From Candidatus Eiseniibacteriota bacterium (lineage in GTDB: Bacteria; Eisenbacteria; RBG-16-71-46; SZUA-252), in NCBI GenBank assembly GCA_963703225.1, contig OY969801.1:736001-800000 (forward strand): a stretch of DNA of 64,000 nucleotides. Direction: 5' to 3'. Made by a program: the position numbers and the translations under genes. Position 1 is the first letter of the stretch; every line of letters begins with the position of its first letter. Below are positions 55,697 through 64,000 of the stretch, in pieces. The notes under the pieces are model-generated. The model saw only the letters and a list, made by a program, of their open reading frames with translations, searched no databases and was not told the origin of the DNA.

Positions 55697-56451
55697 CTAC
55701 GCCTTGACCGGGGCGCCGCGGGCCGCGTCGAGAAACGCGCCCATGAGCTGTCGCGTGGAGCGGGCGTCGGGCATCCGCTCGGGGTGCCATTGCACGCCGA
55801 CGTAGAAGGGATGGTCGGTCCGCTCGATCGCTTCGACCACGCCGTCGGAGCTGCGCGCGGCCACTCGAAAGCCGGGCGCCACGCGGTCGATCGATTGGTG
55901 GTGGAATGAATTGACGACCGCCTGGCAGCCGCTGACCGCCGCCTGGCCGCCGCCCAGAATCTTCGCGAGGATCGTCCCGCCCTCGATCGTGACCGGATGC
56001 TCGGGCGTCTCGTTCACCTCGTCTTCCTCTTCGTGCTTGAGCGCGCCGGGGAGGTCGTCCGGGATGTGCTGCAGCAACGACCCCCCAAACTCGACGTTCA
56101 TCACCTGGATCCCCAGGCAGATGCCCAAGGTCGGGGTGCCGCGCTCCTGCGCCGCGCGCGCGAAGTAGCAGTCGGACTCGTTTCGCTGGGGCAGTCCCAA
56201 CAGCTCGGGGCGCCGCGGCGACTGACCGTAGCGGGCGGGATCGATGTCGCGCCCCTCCGCTCAGGAGGACCCCGTCCACCCGGCCCACCACCTCGCGCGC
56301 CTCCTCGAGCGTCGCGGCCATCGGCAGGATCATCGGCAAGCCGCCGCCCCGGGCCACCAGGTCGACGTAGCTCGCGAACAGGAAGTAGGCGTCGCCGCGC
56401 TTCTGCTTCGGTTTGATGCGTGGGGCAGATGCCGATCAGGGGCTTGGCCAT
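55697..56451 (-). CDS. Peptidase C26 / gamma-glutamyl-GABA hydrolase family; frameshifted
   Basis: KPLIGI, DGVLLSGG, LGICLGIQ, VNSFHHQ, VQWHPE. Confidence 0.88.
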
Positions 56452-56464
56452 CGTCGTTGGCGCC

Positions 56465-57510
56465 TCAGTAGCCCCGCTCGGGGTCGACGCGGTTCAGGAG
56501 CGGCAGCCCCTGGCGCGTCCCGGACAAGGTTGGCGCGGAAGAGCGCCATGGCGCGGGGCCAGAAGCCGCGCGAGAGACCGGAGACGTGGGGCGTGAGGAT
56601 CACGTTCTTGAGCGTATAGAGGCGGCTTTCCGGGGGCAAGGGCTCCGATTCAAAGACGTCGAGCGCCGCGCCGCCCAGATGCCCGCTCGCGACCGCCTCC
56701 ACCAGGTCCTCCTCGCGCACGATCTTTCCGCGCCCCACGTTCAGGAAGAGCGCCCCGGGTTTCATCCGCGCGAACGCCCGCGCGTTGAAGATCCCTTGGG
56801 TCTCGGGGGTGAGCGCGGAGCAGACGACGACGGCGTCCGACTGGCCGAGGAACCGGTTGAACTCGTCCGCTCCCATGACGTCGTCCAGCGTCGGCTCCTC
56901 GCTGGGGAGCCCGAGCGCGCGGAGAAGCTCCGGATCCCAATCCGGCGCCGCCATGGGATCGGCGGCGGAGCGCGATGATCCGCATTCCGAACCCGCGCGC
57001 GCGGCGCGCGACCTCCCGTCCGATCGCTCCGTAGCCGAAGAGGCCGAGCGTCTTGCCATGCAGCTCGTCCGGGATCTCGGGCCCCACCCACCAATTCTCG
57101 CGCCGCATCTTGGTGGTGGTCTGCTCGACGATCGCCGCGCGGAAGCGCCGCGTGAGCCCGATCAGCATTCCGAGCACGTGCTCGGAGATCGGGATGGCGT
57201 GGGCTCCGCGGGAATTGGTGATGACGGCGCCCCGGCGGAGAAAACTCGGGCGTGAGATAGGCCCCGACGCCGGCCGCGGGGGCGTGGAGCCATCGGAGAT
57301 CGCTCGGCCTTGGCCATGACGGCCTCGCCCGGCGCCCAGGAGAAGATGATGTCCGCGTCGCCGATGGCGGACTCGAACTCCTCCTCGTTCGTCGCCCGTA
57401 AGATTTCGACGTCGGGGAAGTCCGCGGCGGAGCGCCTCCACCTCGGCGTCGGGGATCGACCACGGGGGCGAGGCGTCGTTCAAGCCGAGGAGGAGCCGCC
57501 TCCGCGCCGG
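56465..57510 (-). CDS. D-2-hydroxyacid dehydrogenase; multiple frameshifts, start approximate
   Basis: ITNSRGAH..PISEH, GYGAIG, LNVGRG, GAALDVFESEPLP, TPHVSG, NRVD.ERGY. Confidence 0.85.
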
Positions 57511-57513
57511 CGT

Positions 57514-59229
57514 TCAGAGAATCGATCCCTCCGATTTCAGGAGCATCCGCCGCAGCAACGCGACCGGCAGCGCCCCCTGCGAGAGGATCGTGGCGTGGAA
57601 CTTGGCCAGGTCGAATCGCGCACCCTGCTCGCGCGCCAGGTCGTCGCGGAGCTTTCGGATCTCGAGCGCGCCCAGCGTGTAGATGCAGTAGGTCGGGTCG
57701 AAGGACGCGCGCCCTGCCTCGCCTACCGCGTTGGCCTGCTCGAGTCCGGCGTGATCCATGAAGTATTGAACCCCTTGCTCCATCGTCATCCCGCGGGTGT
57801 GCATCCGGATGCCGACCTGGACCCGGCAGGCGCGGACCAAAGCCCAGCGCATGACGCCGAACTCAATTCGGGGGTCGCCGCCGCCGTACCCCTTGTCCAG
57901 CATCCCCTCCTCGGTGTAGAGACCCCAGCCCTCGCCGAAGGCCCCCGAGCCGAAAGCCTTACGCACGGGCGTCGCGGCGTTCCGCGCATAGAGGAAGTGG
58001 GTGTAGTGGCCTGGGTAGACCTCGTGGATCGAGACCGACGGCAGCGACCAGCGGCTGTACCCCTGGAGGTGCTCCTCGATCCGGGTCTTGGGCCATTTCG
58101 GATTGGGCAGGGTGATGTTGTAGTACCCATCGGTCGCCTTCGTCTCGAACGGCCCCGGTCCATCGAAGCTCGCAAAGGAGCGGCTCGCCGCGAACTCCGG
58201 AGTCGGCCTCACCTTGCAGCGCACCTCCGACGGGATGTCGACGAATCGCGAAGAGATGCTGTACGCGCGAATGCCTTCCAGTAGCCCGCGCGCGTAGTCG
58301 AGCAGGCTGTCGGCGGCCGGATGATCGCGGCGCATCATTTCGACGATTTCCTTCGTCGACTTGTTCGGATCGATCCGGTGCGCCGCCGCGCGGTAGCGCG
58401 CGTCGAGCCGCGCCAGCTCGCGCTCGCCGACGGCCAGCAGGGTGTCGATCGGAAGGTCGATCATGTCGGAGTAGCGGAGCTTCTTTCGGTACCGGTCCTC
58501 GCCGAGGATGTAGCTTCCTTGGCTCGCGGGCTGGAGCGTCCCGCGCATCCACTTCACGTGCTGCTCTGTCTCCGCGATCGCCTCCGCCTTCGCTTTCTCG
58601 AAGTCCGCGAGAAGCGTCTTGTCCTTCACTCCGGAGAACGCGCGCGTCACGTCGTTTCGCAGGTAGGAAATGGTTCCGTCAAAATCGTCCGCGGCGAATT
58701 GGGTGAATATCGCCGGAGGATTCTTGAGGTTAGCCCGCGCGTTCGCCAACTGCCGTCCCACCTGCTTGAGCCGGTTCGTCAGCGAGCGGAGCCGGTTCTC
58801 GATCGGGGCGAAATCGCGGGCGATCATGGTCTCGAGCATGTAGCCGTAGTTGTACTGGCCCGGATCGTCTTGCCAGGGATGCATCTCGGTCAGGTCGAAC
58901 AGGTCGGCCGCCATTCCGGATTGGAGCAGGCTGTAGTCGATCCGGGTCGACGGGTCCAAACTCGCCGGGCGAATCTTCGCGAGGTCGCTCTGGGCGCGGC
59001 GAATTCTGGCTTCCTCGCCCTGAATCGCCTCGGGACTCCAATTCTCGAGCGAGTCGTCGAATTCGTGTAATCCCGAGTAGGTCGCGTTGGACGGCCGGTA
59101 TGCGAACGACCCCTCGATGTAGCGCTGCGCGAGCTCGTCAAAGCGCGCCTTCTCTTTCGGATCGGGGCCGGCGGCGCAGCCGACCGACAGCGCGAACCCG
59201 GCGATGATGAGGGTGCGGCATGTGTTCAT
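57514..59229 (-). CDS. DUF885-family lipoprotein (putative metallopeptidase)
   Basis: Lipobox SVGC; HEVYPGHY, EGWGLYTE, YTLGALEIRKLR, FHATILSQG. Confidence 0.9.
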   Translation of the reverse strand: MNTCRTLIIAGFALSVGCAAGPDPKEKARFDELAQRYIEGSFAYRPSNATYSGLHEFDDSLENWSPEAIQGEEARIRRAQSDLAKIRPASLDPSTRIDYSLLQSGMAADLFDLTEMHPWQDDPGQYNYGYMLETMIARDFAPIENRLRSLTNRLKQVGRQLANARANLKNPPAIFTQFAADDFDGTISYLRNDVTRAFSGVKDKTLLADFEKAKAEAIAETEQHVKWMRGTLQPASQGSYILGEDRYRKKLRYSDMIDLPIDTLLAVGERELARLDARYRAAAHRIDPNKSTKEIVEMMRRDHPAADSLLDYARGLLEGIRAYSISSRFVDIPSEVRCKVRPTPEFAASRSFASFDGPGPFETKATDGYYNITLPNPKWPKTRIEEHLQGYSRWSLPSVSIHEVYPGHYTHFLYARNAATPVRKAFGSGAFGEGWGLYTEEGMLDKGYGGGDPRIEFGVMRWALVRACRVQVGIRMHTRGMTMEQGVQYFMDHAGLEQANAVGEAGRASFDPTYCIYTLGALEIRKLRDDLAREQGARFDLAKFHATILSQGALPVALLRRMLLKSEGSIL

Positions 59230-60014
59230 ACATCTCCTCCTCTAGTGGCGGCGGAAGCAGCGACCTTACCACGCGGCCGCTGGAAAATCATTTGGGCCGC
59301 CATCACGAACAGGAGGAGCGCGAACAGCCGGGTGAGGGTGGGCGCTTGGGTCTTGTGGGCGAGGAGCGAACCGGCGAACGCGCCGATGGCCCCGCCCGCG
59401 AGCAGGATCGGAAGGCCGCGGACTGTCAGCTTTCCCTGCCGCGCGTAACTCGCCATGCCGACGATGCCGACCGGCACGATCATCAGGAGCGAAACCCCCT
59501 GAGCGGTGTGCTGGTCGATGTTCTGGCCCAGCACCAAGATGGGTACCAGGATCGTGCCGCCGCCGACGCCCAGGAGTCCCGCGAGAGCGCCGACCGCGAG
59601 ACCCAGGATGACGTTCACCGCGGTCGGCCAGGGCCCGGCCCCGACGTATCCGTGCGGAGGAGCGGCGATCAGCCGGATCGCGGTCGCGAGCAGCACCACG
59701 CCGAACGCGACGCGGAGCCGGGGTCCCGGCGTCACGGCGGCGAGGCGCGAGCCCAGGATGACGCCCGGCACGGCCCCGGCCGCGAGGCAGAGGGAGAGCG
59801 GGACGTTGAGGCGCTCGAACGTGTAGTAGGAGGCCGCGGCGACGAGCGCGCTGACGATCATGAAGGCGAGCGAGGTTCCCTGCGCCTGGTGCTGCTCCTC
59901 GTGGAGCACGTGGACGAGGAGCGGAACGAGGACGGTGCCGCCCCCGATGCCCATCATCCCACCGAGGGCGCCGGAGACGACTCCTAACAGGAATGGAAGG
60001 GCGCGCCGCCTCAT
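59226..60014 (-). CDS. TauE/SafE sulfite exporter family
   Basis: Duplicated G..GIGGG..LVP.L and Q..AQGTSL halves. Confidence 0.9.
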   Translation of the reverse strand: MRRRALPFLLGVVSGALGGMMGIGGGTVLVPLLVHVLHEEQHQAQGTSLAFMIVSALVAAASYYTFERLNVPLSLCLAAGAVPGVILGSRLAAVTPGPRLRVAFGVVLLATAIRLIAAPPHGYVGAGPWPTAVNVILGLAVGALAGLLGVGGGTILVPILVLGQNIDQHTAQGVSLLMIVPVGIVGMASYARQGKLTVRGLPILLAGGAIGAFAGSLLAHKTQAPTLTRLFALLLFVMAAQMIFQRPRGKVAASAATRGGDV

Positions 60015-60089
60015 GGCTTTGGAGGCGGAAGCTATCACAGCGCCGCCAAGCCTGATACCCTACCCAGTCAAGGCGACCCCGCCGCTACC

Positions 60090-61475
60090 ATGTTTCCCCG
60101 CAGACAAAACATCCGGCCACGGATCCTCTGGACCCTCGCGTTCCTAGGGGCGCTCCTGCTCCTGGTGAACGGCATGATCATCTATTCCATCCGCACGTCT
60201 CAGAAGCTGCTGGACCAGGAGTTGGGAAAGCGGCTCCAGGGCACGGCCCACATCGCGGCGCTCCTCGTCCAGCCGGCGCAGTTCGACATGCTGGCCCTCG
60301 CCGTGGCCGATACGGCCGCCGCGGCCGATTCGGCGCTCACCGACTTCTCGATGGCGATGGACGCGCAGGAGGCGGCCGACGCGGTCCGCGCCGAGTGGAA
60401 GCGGCTGGCCCAGAGCGCCGGTCTCTCCAACGTGATCCTGGTCGACCAGTCGCGCCGGGTGCTTCTGCGGCTCCGCGATCCCTTCGCCTTTGAGCCGGAC
60501 GTGGTGGTGCTCGACCGAGTCCCGCTCACCCGCGCGCTCATCGGGGCGGCGTCCCACTCCTCGCTCTACTACAAGGACGGGCAGTACCTCCGGTCCGGCT
60601 ATGCGCCGGTGACGGGGGCGGACGGCGCCGTGCTCGGCGCGGTGGCGGTGGAAGGGGGATCGGAGGCGTTTCGGCCGCTCGAAATGATCCGCACCTCGCT
60701 CTACGGCGCGGCGATCGTCGCGTCGCTCTTGGTCGTGGTGATCGGCATCGGGTACGGACGGACGGTGGGGCATCTCCTCCGGATCGAGGAGAATTTGCGG
60801 CATACCGACCTGCTCGCCTCGATCGGCCAGGTCTCCGCGGGCGTCGCGCACGAGATTCGAAACCCTCTGGCCGTGCTCCGCGGCGCGTCCACGCGGCTCC
60901 AGCGGTACGACCAGCTCCGCACGGAGGAGCGGACCCAGCTCCTCGGCATGATCGACGAGGAGGTGGGCCGGATGAGCGCGTTCGTGCAGAACTTCCTCCA
61001 CCTCTCCCGCCGACCCAATCTCGAGCCCCAGGAGTTTGAGCTCCGGCCCGTGCTGGAGCGGTCGCTGGGAATCCTGCGCGTGGAGCTGGACCGGTCCCAG
61101 GTGGTGACGACCCTCGAGTGGAAGGCGGAAGACGGGGTCTCGCTCACCGGAGACCCGCTCGCGATGCACCACGTGTTCCTGAATCTGGCCCTGAACGCGA
61201 GGGACGTGATGCCCAACGGCGGGCGCCTCGTGATCCGGGTATTCGAGAGGCGGGGAGAGGTGCGGATCCAGTTCGAGGACACCGGCCCCGGAGTCCCGCG
61301 CGATCTCCGCAAGAAGATCTTCGACGCCTTCTTCACCACGCGGGCCAAGGGGACGGGCCTCGGCCTCGCCTTCGTCGATCGCATCGTCTCCGAGCATGGC
61401 GGATCGGTTACAGTTGGGGATGCGCCCGCGGGCGGGGCGCTGTTCGAGATCCGCATTCCCCTCGAGGGCACCTGA
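60090..61475 (+). CDS. Sensor histidine kinase (NtrB-like)
   Basis: Two TMs around a periplasmic domain; AHEIRNPL, NARDVMP.GG, DTGPG, KGTGLGL. Confidence 0.93.
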   Translation: MFPRRQNIRPRILWTLAFLGALLLLVNGMIIYSIRTSQKLLDQELGKRLQGTAHIAALLVQPAQFDMLALAVADTAAAADSALTDFSMAMDAQEAADAVRAEWKRLAQSAGLSNVILVDQSRRVLLRLRDPFAFEPDVVVLDRVPLTRALIGAASHSSLYYKDGQYLRSGYAPVTGADGAVLGAVAVEGGSEAFRPLEMIRTSLYGAAIVASLLVVVIGIGYGRTVGHLLRIEENLRHTDLLASIGQVSAGVAHEIRNPLAVLRGASTRLQRYDQLRTEERTQLLGMIDEEVGRMSAFVQNFLHLSRRPNLEPQEFELRPVLERSLGILRVELDRSQVVTTLEWKAEDGVSLTGDPLAMHHVFLNLALNARDVMPNGGRLVIRVFERRGEVRIQFEDTGPGVPRDLRKKIFDAFFTTRAKGTGLGLAFVDRIVSEHGGSVTVGDAPAGGALFEIRIPLEGT

Positions 61476-61478
61476 TCC

Positions 61479-62879
<1,401 letters not shown>

Positions 62880-63095
62880 GGCGCCAATCCCCCGGGGCGC
62901 CCGGCGCCACGGCGGCGAGCGGTCATTAGGGAGGCCGCCGTAACATACCGATCGGTACAGGCGGGTACGGGCGCGTCCATCTGGCGCCGCGGTGGCCCCG
63001 CGCGGGCACCGGATGAAGGCGATCCGGTCCCCCTAACCCCGCCGCCTCGAACGGCATCCGGACGGGCCGGAACGGCCGGCTTCTGCCGCCTTCCA

Positions 63096-63110
63096 TGGCA
63101 CGACGGTTGC
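63096..63110 (+). promoter_or_regulatory. sigma54 (-24/-12) promoter
   Basis: TGGCACG-ACGG-TTGC, exact consensus, between the bEBP gene and the next ORF. Confidence 0.85.
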
Positions 63111-63192
63111 CATCTGCAATGCCCTATGCACTCCCCAGCCGGTAACAAATCATGATCCTTGACCCCTAACGCTCCCCGGACGCGCCACCCCC

Positions 63193-64000
63193 ATGCGCAC
63201 GCGGTACGGCACCGCTCTGACCCTTGTCTTCCTGTTCGGGCTCACCACGCCGCGCGCCGTCGACCGTCCGTTGGCGGCGAGCCCTGATGTGGAACCTTCG
63301 CCGCCCCCCGCAGGGCCCGTAGCCCCGACGCAGTCCGAATCGGAGCGGATCGCCCGCGAGCTGCTCCACACCGACCGCCTGATCGCGGTCCTCAAGCCCA
63401 AGATCATGCGTTCTGGAAACGCCAAGGCGCAGGAGCAATTCGGGGAGTCGATCCAGCGGGAGAAAGAGGCTCGTGACGCGTACGAGCACAATCTCTACGC
63501 CCGAGCGGCAAGGCTCACCCGCGAGGCCCGCTCCCTGGTGCGCGAGGCCGCGGTGATGGTCGGACCCCCCGAGGAAGATCCTGTCTACGTGGCGCGCACG
63601 ATCGACCACGCCGAAGACGCGCTCAAGCTGGCCGAGGACACGCTCCACGGCGTCCAAGACCTGGACGTTCGGAAGCGGTACGCCGAGCTGGCGAAGGATC
63701 TCGAGGGCGCGCGCCAGCTCTACCGGACCGGCGCTATGAGGCGCGCGTACGAGCAGGCCACCGGCGTGCGGGACGGGGTTCTCGACCTGTTGGCCACTTG
63801 CGAAGGCCTTCCCGTTTCGTCCGAGACCGCTTCCAAGGCGCTGAAGCGCGCCGAGCGGGCGGTGGAGCGGGCGGGGAAGGAGCTGGGGCCCAAACCAAGC
63901 GCGCCCGCGCAGCGGCTCCAACGAGAAGCGATGGGTCAGCTCACCAAGGCGCGGTCGGCATTCGCGCGGAAGGAATTCCAGGACGCGGTGATCTACTCCA
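63193..64000 (+). CDS. Exported all-helical hypothetical protein (truncated by window end; absent from the ORF track)
   Basis: ATG 63193 MRTRYGTALTLVFLFGL...; frame open to the window end with GC3-biased codons and repeated helical A..A....Y..A motifs. Confidence 0.75.
   Translation, partial: MRTRYGTALTLVFLFGLTTPRAVDRPLAASPDVEPSPPPAGPVAPTQSESERIARELLHTDRLIAVLKPKIMRSGNAKAQEQFGESIQREKEARDAYEHNLYARAARLTREARSLVREAAVMVGPPEEDPVYVARTIDHAEDALKLAEDTLHGVQDLDVRKRYAELAKDLEGARQLYRTGAMRRAYEQATGVRDGVLDLLATCEGLPVSSETASKALKRAERAVERAGKELGPKPSAPAQRLQREAMGQLTKARSAFARKEFQDAVIYS

Overview
GC-rich bacterial chromosome window. The 16S signatures and the PorV/FlgD-CTD gene content suggest an FCB-group lineage, possibly Ca. 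Eisenbacteria-like; this is an inference. It opens with the 3' end of an rRNA operon (16S, tRNA-Ile, tRNA-Ala, 23S, 5S). The 23S carries two group I introns, at E. coli positions L1917 and L1931, separated by a 14-nt exon. The L1931 intron encodes a LAGLIDADG homing endonuclease whose reading frame runs back through the ribozyme core and the micro-exon. Its best-looking start is an SD plus ATG at the 3' end of the upstream intron, where the G of the ATG is that intron's omega-G. Next come: (i) an operon of apparently exported ammonia-releasing enzymes (glutaminase, aspartase, asparaginase, amidohydrolase) with four porins; (ii) a 14-kb minus-strand locus joining FlgD-CTD Ig-repeat proteins, a PorV-like barrel fused to FlgD, a ~1000-aa TPR protein and an ExbB-ExbD-ExbD-TonB motor, driven by two near-identical sigma54 promoter/enhancer cassettes; (iii) housekeeping genes; (iv) a Cus-type copper efflux operon preceded by a Cys-rich, PP-motif leader ORF; (v) pntAB; and (vi) a sigma54 two-component system with a downstream sigma54 promoter. 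Many genes carry single-base frameshifts, most likely long-read consensus errors.
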